A stretch of DNA of 61,409 nucleotides from Chiloscyllium plagiosum (lineage: Eukaryota). The first letter of the stretch is position 1, and each line of letters begins with the position of its first letter. The stretch is taken from positions 109,800-171,208 of the forward strand of contig NC_057757.1 in assembly GCF_004010195.1 (NCBI RefSeq). The letters are read 5' to 3'. Positions 12,570 through 23,820 of the stretch are shown here, one piece after another. The notes under the pieces are model-generated. The model was not told where the DNA came from. It saw only the letters and a list, made by a program, of their open reading frames with translations, and did no database searches. A program made the translations under genes and the position numbers.

Positions 12570-12661
12570 TTGCTCGGATATCGCCATGACTTTGTCAGCT
12601 TTTCCTCAAAGGAGGTCCACACCTTGGTTTTTGGGTCTACATAATATTCATAGACAGTTTC
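12570..12661 (-). CDS. DNAH2: DNAH2 exon, AAA2-AAA3 junction (ETVYEYYVDPKTKVWTSFEEKLTKSWRYPS)
   Basis: 92 bp, CCAG acceptor, GTAAGC donor, phase 0 to 2. Matches DTVYEYFVDPKIRSWTSFEDKLPKSWRYPPN. Confidence 0.93.
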
Positions 12662-12859
12662 CTGGACAAGGAAAGCAGAGCCATCAGGAAAACATTCAGA
12701 CAGCGGCCATCTAGCTACACGACATCAGGGTGACACAATTCAATACTGATCTGCCTCTGAGCTGACTGTCTGAAGTATCTCACACTGCAGGTCTGCCTCT
12801 GCTTCACCCCGGTCGCTTCAGCTGCCTGCTGCATTGTTCTCACTCTTACAGCCCTTCAG

Positions 12860-13610
12860 CCCATCCAGTCTGTGCTGGTCAAAAACAACCGCCTCACTAT
12901 TCCGATCCCATTTCCCAGCTCCTGGCCCATTGCCTTTTCGCTTTGGCATTGCAACTGCATGTGTAAAGCCTTCTTCACTCTGATGAGGGCTTCTGCCTCT
13001 AGTGTCCTCACAGGGCAGTCAGTTCCACATATTCTTCACATTCTGGATGAAACTAATCTTCCACACATCTCCTCTGGATGCCTTGCCTCTTCCCTTAAAT
13101 ATATACCCCCCGGTGCTTGATCCCACCATCAAGGGGAAATGCTTCTTTCTGTCTATGCCCTTCTTAATTTGATATTTCTTAATCATGAACACCATCCCCC
13201 ACTGCTTCAGTCTCCTCTGCTCCAGGGAAAATGACCCCATTCTGTCTGATCTCTCTTCATAACTGAAACTATCCATCCAGGGCAATGTCCTGGTAAATCT
13301 CCTCTGCACCCCGCCCAGTGAAATCATACCGCTTTCAGAATGTGGATTCCAGAACTGCACACATACTCCAGCTGTCTGCTCTTAAACTCTATGCCTTGGA
13401 TTATAAGGATGAGTATCCAGACATCCTTGTAATGACTTTATCTAAGGGACCAGTGTACATGCACACCGAGGTCCTGCTAATCCTCAGTGCTTCCCAGGGT
13501 CTGACTTATTATTGGCCTTGTTTGTCCTGCCCAAGTGCGTCACCTCCTACTTTTCTGGATTGAATTCCATTTGCCAGTGAGCAGCCTGTCCAAATTCTCC
13601 TGCAATCTAA
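12860..13610 (-). mobile_element. Old CR1 3' fragment
   Basis: ORF 13019..13360 (QFWNPH...VQRRFTRTLP...LEQRRL). Confidence 0.8.
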
Positions 13611-14245
13611 GGCCACCCTCTCTTGCCTTGTTCTGGGGTTGAGGCAGTTGAACCCGAATTCGGCTCACGACTCTGTGTGCCTAAAGGAAAACAGAAAGGA
13701 CTCCCCAGCATTTCAAATGTAAAGCTGGCCTTGCTTTTTTAACTGTTTCATCACTCTGCAGGGTTTTCTCGGCGAGGGGTGGGGTTTACTCTGGAGCTGA
13801 CCATCCCCTCATCGTTTTCTGGCCACATGTTACACATTGCAAATAGTCACGTTTGTGTCAGCCCTGTCCTACCCTTTCCAGCTGCCACTTTCCAAATAGC
13901 AGCAATGCACCCAGGCCCTAAACAAGTCACCGGAGCTTTCTCCAGCATCACAGCTGAAGATTCTGTGCTAGGCCAAGGCCGCAAAGACCATGACAGCAGA
14001 TTCCTGACCTTAGGAGAGTTACATAGCTCACCTTAGGTGCAGCATGTATGCACTGAATGGGTAGCTTTTGCTGAGGAACCAAGTCTGATTACCTGAAGCA
14101 ATGGGCATGTGTTTTGAAATATTGAGTGGTCACCATCTGGATTGGATTCCCTGACAGTGGGTTCATTGCAGAATTCAGCAGAGAATGGGATCATTATCTG
14201 AAGAGGGAGAAGAAACATTTGCAGGCCACTCGGAGAAGGTGGGTG

Positions 14246-14745
14246 NNNNNNNNNNNNNNNNNNNNNNNNNNNNNNNNNNNNNNNNNNNNNNNNNNNNNNN
14301 NNNNNNNNNNNNNNNNNNNNNNNNNNNNNNNNNNNNNNNNNNNNNNNNNNNNNNNNNNNNNNNNNNNNNNNNNNNNNNNNNNNNNNNNNNNNNNNNNNNN
14401 NNNNNNNNNNNNNNNNNNNNNNNNNNNNNNNNNNNNNNNNNNNNNNNNNNNNNNNNNNNNNNNNNNNNNNNNNNNNNNNNNNNNNNNNNNNNNNNNNNNN
14501 NNNNNNNNNNNNNNNNNNNNNNNNNNNNNNNNNNNNNNNNNNNNNNNNNNNNNNNNNNNNNNNNNNNNNNNNNNNNNNNNNNNNNNNNNNNNNNNNNNNN
14601 NNNNNNNNNNNNNNNNNNNNNNNNNNNNNNNNNNNNNNNNNNNNNNNNNNNNNNNNNNNNNNNNNNNNNNNNNNNNNNNNNNNNNNNNNNNNNNNNNNNN
14701 NNNNNNNNNNNNNNNNNNNNNNNNNNNNNNNNNNNNNNNNNNNNN
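14246..14745. other. Assembly gap of exactly 500 N
   Basis: N run counted from the sequence. The round size suggests a placeholder. Other gaps at about 22071-22113, 40518-40824 and 47549-47716 have irregular sizes. Confidence 0.98.
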
Positions 14746-15129
14746 CCTCTTTAAGCAGGGCAACATCTCGTTACAGGATGGCATAGTGGTATTATCGTCA
14801 GAGTATTTATTTATCCAGAGACCTGGGAACCTGGATTTAAATCCTGCCAGACAGTGGAACTCAAATCCAATAAAATATCTTGAATTAAGAGTCTATAGTG
14901 TCCATGAAACCATTGTCAATTGCCCAATAAAACCCAGCGGGCTCACCTCCATACAGAAAGAAACTGCCATCTGTACCTGGTCTGACTTATGTGCCACCCC
15001 AGACCCCAACAATGTGGTTGATTTTTAACTGTCCTGTTGGGGAATTAGGGATGGGTGTCAAATGCTGATCTAGCTGATCTGTCTACATCCTATACATGAA
15101 TGGGCAAATCTATTATCCACAGACAATAA

Positions 15130-16965
15130 CAATTGCTTTGAAGTGTAGTCAGTGCTATGTTGTAAGAAATCCAACTGCCAATGTGTGCATATCAAGACAG
15201 TCCAAACAACACATCGTGGTTATCTGTCCAGATAATAAATCTCTTTTGAAAAGCAATATTGATTGAGGGATAAATAAGAGTCCTGAAGGATGTGTTCCTG
15301 CTTGATGCCAAGGTTATGGACATCACTTCTGGGCTGAAGAGAAACTTGGAGTGGGATGGACAGGTTCCATTTGTCATAGTCCACAAAGATACCAATAACA
15401 TAGGGAGGACTAGAAAACAGGGTCTGCTGAGGGATTGTGAACAGGGTTAAATTAAAAAGTAAGAGTACAATGGTAATAAGTTTTGGATTACTACTTGAGT
15501 GTTGTGCAAGTTAGCACAGGGGGACGAAGGTTCGAGAGGTAAGCTCATGGCTCAAAGATTGCTGTGGGAGAAATAGGTTCCAATTCATGGGTACTGGCAG
15601 CAGCAGCACTGAGGGAAACAAAAACACAAGGAAATAGCAGATAATGTACAAAGAAATTTGCATCAGTCTTCACAGTGGATACTATTATCATGACAAAGAT
15701 AACAGATCACCAAGGAGCTAATGGGAGGAAAGGTCTTGTAGTAATCTTTTTTACAAGGGATAAATGATTTGACCAAACTGACGGCATCAAGGGCAGACAA
15801 TTCGCCAGGATCGGATGACCTGTATCAAAGGGTTTTAGAAGCGGTGGCTCCAGAGACAGTGCAGTCATTGATTGAAATATTCTGGACTTCACTGGACTCC
15901 AGGAGTGTTCCAGCAGATTTAAAAGCTGCTAAAGTGACACCCCGGCTCAAGAAGGAGAGGAGACAGCAAACAGAAGACAATAGGCCAATTGGCTTCACAC
16001 CCACAGATATGTAGGTCAGGTGAAATTGCACAAAGTGTTCAGGATGTGTAGGTTAGGTGCATTAGTCAGGGGAAAATATAGGATAATAGGGTAGGGGAAT
16101 GGGTCTGAGTGGGTCTCCGCAGGGTCGGTGTGGACATGTTGGGCCGAAGGGCCTATTTCCACATTGTAGGGATTTTATGATTCTATGACTCTACGAATAT
16201 ATCTGTCACTGGGAAAGTGTGAGAATCCATTATTGAGGAGACAATAGCACGATATTTCGAAAAGCTTAATGCAATCAAATCCACATAGCCCTGTGAAAGG
16301 GAAATCACGTTTAACAAATCTGGGCAGAAGAGCCATAATCATGTTGAATGGTGTGCAGGTTTAAGGGGTTGAATAGCTACTCCTGCTCATATTTCTTATG
16401 CCCTGATCTAAATATTGTCCAAGAAACCAGGGGACACTGTCCTGTTCTTCCTTAAATGGTGGCAAGTGCAGGTTTTAACATCCACCTGGGAAAGCCAAAT
16501 AAAGGTGGCTTCGCAGTACAGACACCCAAAACAGAGCATGACTCCTCCACTGCCAAGCTTTCAAAAATGTAGCACTCCCTCAGCACTGACCCTCCGACAG
16601 TGCGGCACTCCCTCAGGACTGACCCTCCGACAGTCAGGCACTCCCTCAGCACTGACCCTCCGACAGTGCGGCACTCCCTCAGCGCTGACCGTCCGATCGT
16701 GTGGCACTCCCTCAGCACTGACCCTCCCACAGTGCCCATTCCCTCAGCACTGACCCTCCAACAGTGCGGCACTCCCTCAGCACTGACCCCCCGACACTGC
16801 GGCACTCCCTCAGCACTGACCCTCCGACAGTGCCTTCTCCCTCAGTGCTGACCCTCCAACAGTGCAGCACTCCCTCAGTAATGGCACTGGAAATGCCAGC
16901 CTAAATAACATGCTTAGATCTCCAGAACACACAGCGGTGAGAGAGTGCTGTCCACTGTGCCTCAG
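15130..16965 (-). mobile_element. DeuSINE (SacSINE1-like) carrying a 33-bp array and split by CR1 and HE1 fragments (about 15280-16408)
   Basis: Minus strand: tRNA-like head near 16960, TAGGCTGGCATTTCCAGTGCCATTACTGAGGGAG, array, CAGGTGGATGTTAAAA...GAAGAACAGG...GGACAATATTT, resuming at 15277 as TATTTATCCCTCAATCAA...GACTACACTTCAAAG. Confidence 0.75.
16572..16878 (-). repeat. 33-bp minisatellite, about 9 units
   Basis: (CACTCCCTCAGCACTGACCCTCCGACAGTGCGG)n on the plus strand. Confidence 0.95.
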
Positions 16966-17128
16966 CTGACACCTACGGGGAAAAGGCAAGAAAGAACCTG
17001 AAAACACAGGAACTGCCACAGCCATCAAAATAACTGAGCAGTCTCAATGGACCCCCTTTGCGATGTAATTAGTTTGTCACTGGGTAATGTGTTCCTGAAG
17101 CAATCTCGTCGGGGTCAATAAGACTGAC

Positions 17129-17334
17129 CTGCTGTACTCATCGTGCCAGAATGTATTCTTCACATCCAGGATTTCGTTCTTCATTAATTTTAGCAATTGT
17201 AGGATCTTGTCGAAGGTGGCTTCAATCTCGAGGAGACTCCGTGTTATTTCAGGACCGCGATGTCCCCCAAAACAGGGCAGAGGTATCTGTTCACCATCTT
17301 CCCATCGGGCAAAGAACTCCTGGCAGTCACACAC
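17129..17334 (-). CDS. DNAH2: DNAH2 exon (VCDCQEFFARWEDGEQIPLPCFGG...ILDVKNTFWHDEYS)
   Basis: 206 bp, CAG acceptor, GTCAGT donor, phase 0 to 2. Last tail exon visible before the 500-N gap. Confidence 0.95.
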
Positions 17335-17617
17335 CTGGGCAAATTGAAGGAAGGAAGGAACAGCAGCATTTCACACGATTACAGCATAAATGATTAATTA
17401 CCAGCAGGTTTCCACAAACCAACCATTAAACTGTCAGTGGGTCACTGGAATGCATAGCTACTAACCTCTGAACTGCAATAATAAAAAACAGAAGGATACT
17501 TGACTTTTGCAGCACCTTTTGCTCCAATCTGTCTCACAGTGGTTCACAGCCAATGAAAAACTAGTCTGAAGTCTGACCATCGTTGTCATGCTGGAAGGTG
17601 ACCCATTTGAACAGATT

Positions 17618-17818
17618 TGGAGATGCTGGTGTTGGACTGGGGTGGACAAAGTTAAAAATCACACAACACCAGGTAATAGTCCAACAGGTTGAATTGGAAG
17701 CACTAGCTTTTGGAGCGCTGCTCCTTTATCAGATGGTTGAAGGAGCGTCACTCCGAAAGCGAGTGTGCTTCCAATTAAACCTGTTGGACTATAACCTGGT
17801 ATTGTGCGATTTTTAACA
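17618..17818. mobile_element. Penelope-like pLTR pair in inverted orientation
   Basis: 17651-17735 and 17737-17817 are reverse complements (GTTAAAAATCACACAACACCAGG versus CCTGGTATTGTGCGATTTTTAAC). Both carry hammerhead-like GAAGGAGC...CTCC(G/A)AAAGC. Confidence 0.8.
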
Positions 17819-18207
17819 TTTGAACAGAAACAATGTTCAGGAATGTCACCAGACTGTCTGTTTCCCACTGCTGCTAACTCAGGACAAAATATTGGTTAGA
17901 ACATTGCAGACAACTCCCGACTCAGGAGATGGCAAGTTGGAGTAATCAGATCAGGCATTACCTTACTTCAATGGGCTGGAAGGCCCACTGAAGCGCTCCA
18001 GCCTGAAACATCGATTTTCCTGCTCCTCGGATGCTGCCAGACCAGCTGGCCTTTTCCAGAAACACACTCTCGACTCTGATTACCAGCATCTGCAGATCTC
18101 GCTGTCTTCTGGAAGGTCCATTGGCCTACTCCTTCACAGAATTCATGTGTGTATGTTCTTCTTCAAAATGTTTGCACAAAACATAGATACACCCACATGG
18201 TCCTCAT

Positions 18208-19575
18208 ATCCCTCAACGCTGACCCTCCAACAGTGCACTGCTCCCTCAGCACTGACCATCCAACAGTGCACTGCTCCCTCAGCGCTGACCCTCCAACAGT
18301 GCACTGCTCCCTCAATGTTGACCCTCCAACAGTGCACTGCTCCCTCAGCGCTGACCCTCCGACAGTGCACTGCTCCCTCAGCACTGACCCTCCAACAGTG
18401 CACTGCTCCCTCAATGCTGACCCTCCAACAGTGCACTGCTCCCTCAGCACTGACCCTCCAACAGTGCACTGCTCCCTCAGCGCTGACCCTCCAACAGTGC
18501 ACTGCTCCCTCAGCACTGACCCTCCAACAGTGCACTGCTCCCTCAATGCTGACCCTCCAACAGTGCACTGCTCCCTCAGCGCTGACCCTCCAACAGTGCA
18601 CTGCTCCCTCAGCGCTGACCCTCCAACAGTGCACTGCTCCCTCAGCGCTGACCCTCCAACAGTGCACTGCTCTCTCAGTGCTGACCCTCCAACAGTGCAC
18701 TGCTCCCTCAACGCTGACCCTCAGACAGTACAGCACTCCCTCAGCACTGACCCTCTGACGGTACGGCACTCTATCATTACTGGCCACTGACAGTGAACTG
18801 CTCCCACAGCGCTGACCCTCCGACAGTACGGCACTCTATCATTACTGACCACTGACAGTACACTGCTCCCTCAGCGCTGACCCTCCAACAGTGCACTGCT
18901 CCCTCAGTGCTGACCCTCCAATAGTGCACGGCTCCCTCAGCACTGACCCTCCAACAGTATGGTACTCCATCATTACTGACCACTGACAATGCACCGCTCC
19001 CTCAGCGCTGACCCTCCGACAGTACGGCACTCTATCATTACTGGCCACTGACAGTGCACTGCTCCCATAGCACTGACCCTCCGACAGTACAGCACTCTAT
19101 CATTACTGACCACTGACAGTACACTGCTCCCTCAGCGCTGACCCTCCAACAGTGCACTGCTCCCTCCGCGCTGACCCTCCGACAGTAGTAGGGCACTCTA
19201 TCATTACTGACCACTGACAGTGCATTGCTCCCTCCGCGCTGACCCTCCGACAGTAGTAGGGCACTCTATCATTACTGACCACTGACAGTGCATTGCTCCC
19301 TCCGCGCTGACCCTCCGACAGTAGTAGGGCACTCTATCATTACTGACCACTGACAGTGCATTGCTCCCATAGCACTGACCCTCCGACAGTAGTAGGGCAC
19401 TCTATCATTACTGGCCACTGACAGTGCACTGCTCCCATAGCACTGACCCTCCGACAGTACGGCACTCTATCCTTACTGACCACTGACAGTGCACGGCTCC
19501 CTCAGCGCTGATCCTCCGACAGTACAGCACTCTATCATTACTGACTACTGACAGTGCACTGCTCCCTCACAGCTG
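18208..19575 (-). repeat. 33-bp minisatellite changing into 65-bp and 68-bp higher-order units
   Basis: Homogeneous 33-mers at 18208-18750. They then alternate with a TCTATCATTACTG(A/G)CCACTG variant (65-bp period). Four 68-bp copies start at 19181, 19249, 19317 and 19385. Confidence 0.95.
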
Positions 19576-19981
19576 ACCACTTGACAGCCAAATCTCTTGA
19601 CCAACATATTCTCAAGTCGAGTATATCCATATGTCAGTTGTATTTATTTAGCCAGGAGGTATCTGGCTATCATGATGGGATAGCATACAAGATAAGATAG
19701 TTCCAGTCGAAAATCGGGGGAAGGCATGTGGAGGAAAAAAGAATAAAGGGGGATGTGTTTCCTAATCCTGGCCCGCCCTTGTTCCGAGACCATAACTTCT
19801 TCCAGCACTGATAAGATGGTCACCAATCTGGAACATTAACGCTTTCTTCCTGTCTGACCTCCTGACAGTGTCCCAGCATTTCGAGCTTTATTTCAGAGTT
19901 CTCACATCTGCACCATTTGGCTTTGGTTTACGTTAATGCAATATGCCCACAGATGAAGATTAACGTGCTTTTGCAACCATA

Positions 19982-20065
19982 CTGAAAAATGTGTTGCTGG
20001 AAAAGCGCAGCAGCATCCAAGGAGCAGGAGAATCGACGTTTTGGGCATAAGCCCTTCTTCAGGAA
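19982..20065 (-). mobile_element. Mini PLE-derived insert (pLTR 3' end) next to the splice donor
   Basis: TTCCTGAAGAAGGGCTTATGCCCAAAACGTCGATTCTCCTGCTCCTTGGATGCTGC...CCAGCAACACATTTT on the minus strand. Confidence 0.85.
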
Positions 20066-20070
20066 CATAC

Positions 20071-20158
20071 CTCAAGCAGGTCCCTGCATCTCTGTATAAA
20101 AGCATCCACTTGGGCAAAGACACTTGTGTTGTCCAAGATCCAGGGAACATTTGAAAAT
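20071..20158 (-). CDS. DNAH2: DNAH2 exon (FSNVPWILDNTSVFAQVDAFIQRCRDLLE)
   Basis: 88 bp, TTGCAG acceptor, GTATGT donor, phase 2 to 0. Matches WVLDQTSIFAQVDAFVQRCKDLIE. Confidence 0.95.
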
Positions 20159-20289
20159 CTGCAACCGGAAGGAACAAGCAGAGTTTAGACTTGGAGTTAG
20201 CCTTCCTCTTGGCCTCAGTATTCCAGGCCCTCTCTTTCCCCAATCCCATCCCGAAAATGCCGGAGGAATTTACAAGAGCTAGGAGGTGT

Positions 20290-23200
20290 GATGGATGGCA
20301 GTTATAGGAAGGAAGAAAAGCTGTAGACACAGGCAGGTAGATGGGTTAACTCCAGGAAAGGTAGGAGGGGTAGGCAGCTAGTGCAGGAGTCTTCTGTGGC
20401 TATCCCCATCTCAAACAAGGATGCTGTTTTGCAAAATGTAGGGGGTGATGGACTCTCAGGGAATATAGCATGAACAGCCAGGTTTCTGATACCAAGACAG
20501 GTTCTAATGTAATGACAGGTACATCAGGTCCCAAGCGATCAATATAATAAGGGACTCTCTAGTCAGAGGCACAGATAGACGTTGCTGCAGCCAGCAGTGA
20601 AAAATCAGAATGGTGTGTTGCCTCCTTGGTGTCAGGATCAAGGATATCTCAGGGAGGGTGCAGAATGTTCTCAAAGGGGCGAGGTATCAGCAAGAGGTTA
20701 TTGTACACATTGGAGCTAACGACATAGGAAGGGAAAAGGATGATATTCTGAAGGGAGACAATAGAAAGTGAGGCTGGAATTTAAAAAGAAGGTCCTCGAG
20801 GGTAGTAATATCTAGATTACTTCTGGTGCTACGAGCTTGTGAGGGTAGGAATAGGAAGACAATGCAGATTAATGCATGGCTGAGGAACTGGTGCAGGGGA
20901 GTAGGGTTCACATTTTTGGATCATTGGAATCTCTTCTAGGGTAGAAGTCACCTGTACAAGAAGGTCAGATTGAACCTGAATTGAAATTTGTAAGGAGATT
21001 TCAGTTATCTGTAAGAATAATAGGGTGGTTATGGTAGGGGATCTTAACTTTCCAAACATAGACTGGGACTGCCATAGTGTTAAGGGTTTACATGGAGAGG
21101 AATTTGTTAAGTGTGTACAAGAAAATTTTCTGATTCAGTATGTGGATGTACCTATTGGAGAAAGTGCAAAACTTGACCTACTCTTGGAAAATAAGGCAGG
21201 GCAGATGACTGAGGTGTCAGTGGGGGAGCATTTTGGGGCCAGCGACCATAATTGTATCAGTTTTAAAATAGTGATGGAAAAGGATAGACCAGATCTACAA
21301 GTTGAAGCTTCAAATTGGAGGAAGGCAAATTTTGATGGTATTAGGCAAGAACTTTCAAAAGCTAATTGGGGACAGATGTTCACAGGAAAAGAGACGGCTG
21401 GAAAAATGAGAAGCCTTCAAAATGAGATAAGAGTCCAGTGACAGTATATTCTTGTTAGGGTGAAAGGAAAGGCTGGTAGTTATAGGGAATGCTGGATGAC
21501 TAGAGAAATTGAGGGTTTGGTTAAAAAAAAGAAGCATATGTCAGGTATAGACAGGATAGATCAAGAGAATCCTTAGAAGAGTATAAAGGAAGTAGGAGTA
21601 TACTTAAGAGGGAAATCAGGAGGGCAAAAAGGGAGCATGAGATAGTTTTGGCAAACAGAGTTAAGTAGAATCCAAAGGGTTTTTATACATATATTAAAGA
21701 CAAAAGGGTAGGTGGGGAGAGAATAGGGCCCTCAAAGATCAACAAGTTGGACTTTGTGTGGAGTAACAGGAGATGGGGGAGATACTAAACGAGTATTTTG
21801 CATCAGTGTTTAGTGTGGAGAAGGTCATGGAAGATATAGAATGTAGGGAAATGGTGACATCTTGAAAAATGCCCATTTAACAGAGGCGGAGGTGCTGGAT
21901 GTCTTGAAACACATAAAAGTGGATAAATCCCCAGGACCTGATCAGGTGTACCCGAGAACTCTGTGGGGAGCTAGGGAAGTGATTGCTGGGCCTCTTACTG
22001 AGATATTTGTATCATCGATAGTCACAGGTGAGGTGCCGGAAGACTGGAGGTTGGCTAACATGGTGCCACTNNNNNNNNNNNNNNNNNNNNNNNNNNNNNN
22101 NNNNNNNNNNNNNATTGATGAGGGCAGAGCAGTAGATGTGATCTATATGGACTTCAGTAAGGCATTCCACAAGGTTCCCCATGGGAGACTGGTTAGCAAG
22201 GTTAGATCTCTTGGAATATAGGGAGAACTCACCATTTGGATACAGAACTGGCTCAAAGGTAGAAGACAGAGGGTGGTAGTGGAGGGTTGTTTTTCGACTG
22301 GAAACCTGTGGCCAGTGGAGTGCCACAAGGATTAGTGCTGAGTCCACTACTTTTCATCATTTACATGTATGATTTGGATGCGAGCATAAGAGGTATAGCT
22401 AGTAAGTTTGCTGATGACACCAAATTTGGAGTTGTAATGGGCAGCAAAGAAGGTTACCTCAGATTACAATGGGATCTTGATCAGATGCCAATGGGCTGAG
22501 GAGTGGCAGATGGAGTTTAATTTAAATAAATGTGAGGTGCTGCATTTTGGTAAGGCAAATCTTAGCAGGGCTTTTACACTTAATGGTAAGGTCCTAGGGA
22601 GTGTTGCTGAACAAGAGACCTTGGAGTGTAGGTTCATTGCTCCTTGAAAGTGGAGTCGCAGGTAGATAGGATAGTGAAGAAGGTGTTTGGTATGCTTTCC
22701 TTTATTGGTCAGAGCATTGAGTATAGGTTATACAGTACACTGGTTAGGCCACTTTTGGAATATTGCCTGCAATTCTGGTCGCTTCCTATTGGAAGGATGT
22801 TGTGAAACTTTAAAGGATTCAGAAAAGATTTACGAGGATGTTGCCAGGGTTGGAAGATTTGAACTATAGGGAGAGGCTGAATAGGCTAGGGCTGTTTTCC
22901 CTGGAGCGGCGGAGGCTGAGGGGTGACCTTATAGAGGTTTATAAAATCATGAGGGGCATTGAAAGGGTAAATAGCCAAGGTCTTTTCCCTGGGGTGAGGG
23001 AATCCAGAACTAGAGGGCATAGGTTTAGTGTGAGAGGGGAAAGGTATAAAAGGGACCTAAGGGGCAATGTTTTCATGCAGGGTGTGGTGCGTGTATGGAA
23101 TGAGCTGTCAGAGGAAGTGGTGAAGGCTGGTACAATTACAGCATTTAAAAGGCATCTGGATGGGTATATGAATAGGAAGGGTTTAGAGGGATATTGTCCG

Positions 23201-23300
23201 AGTACTGACAAATGGGACTGGATTAGGTTAGGATATCTGGTCAGCATGGACAAGTTGGACCGAAGGGTGTGTTTCTGTGCTGTGCATCTATTTGACCACT
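20290..23300 (+). mobile_element. Long CR1 LINE: degenerate ORF1 esterase, then partial APE, RT and 3' end
   Basis: VHIGANDIG-like ORF1 near 20700; GDLNFPNIDW (21025..21441); KSPGPD, YMDFSKAF, GVPQG, KFADDTK; ORF 22838..23356. Frameshifts, an internal deletion and a small N gap. Confidence 0.92.
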
Positions 23301-23304
23301 CTAT

Positions 23305-23820
23305 TTACTCTATCCATTCCCCTCATGATTTTATAAGGTCACCCCTCAGTCTCTGATGCTGTAAGGAAAACAGCTCCAGCACAGTGGCTCAGTGGTTAGC
23401 ACTGCTGCCTCATGACGCTAGGGACTTGGGTTCGATTCCAGCCTCAGGTGACTGTCTGTGTGGAATTTGCAATTCTCCCTCTGTCTGCGTGGCTTTCCTC
23501 TGGGTGCTCTGGTTTCCTCCCACATCCCAAAGATGTGCAGGTCAGGTGAATTGGCTATACTAAGTTGTCCCATAGTATTAGGTGCATTAGTGAGAAGGTT
23601 ACTCTTCGGAGGGTTGGTGTGGACTTGTTGGGCCGAACTGCCTGTTTCCACACTGTCGGGAACCTAATCTTTTCAGCTTCTACCTGTAGCTCAAGCCCTC
23701 CAATCTTGGCAACATCCTTGTAAATCTTTTCTGAATGCTTTCAAGTTTCACAACATCCTTCCAATAGGAGGGACTCCAGAACTGCACATAATATTCCAAG
23801 AGTGGCCGAACTAATGTCCT
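23305..23820 (-). mobile_element. CR1 fragment with a nested HE1 SINE (+, 23379-23670)
   Basis: CR1 reverse-strand motifs on both sides of GCACAGTGGCTCAGTGGTTAGC...CTAATCT. Confidence 0.85.

Noticed and set aside
12662..14245. Expected preceding DNAH2 exon (IWSVCASVDEEGRK-like)
   Set aside because: I could not find it by eye on the minus strand; it is presumably in the gap. A TBLASTN would settle this.
14126..15028. ORFs of 190-300 aa here and at 40200-41040 and 47243-47812
   Set aside because: Their length is inflated by N runs translated as X.
12570..17334. A novel mini-dynein joining the tail directly to AAA3
   Set aside because: Exon phases are incompatible (2 versus 0) and the junction contains a 500-N placeholder gap, so an assembly cause is far more likely.
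18143..18790. Overlapping 180-214 aa ORFs in four frames (also 6374-6981, 16452-16851, 59320-59922)
   Set aside because: They result from a 33-bp unit that is a multiple of three and lacks stops. No splice signals or domains; intronic.
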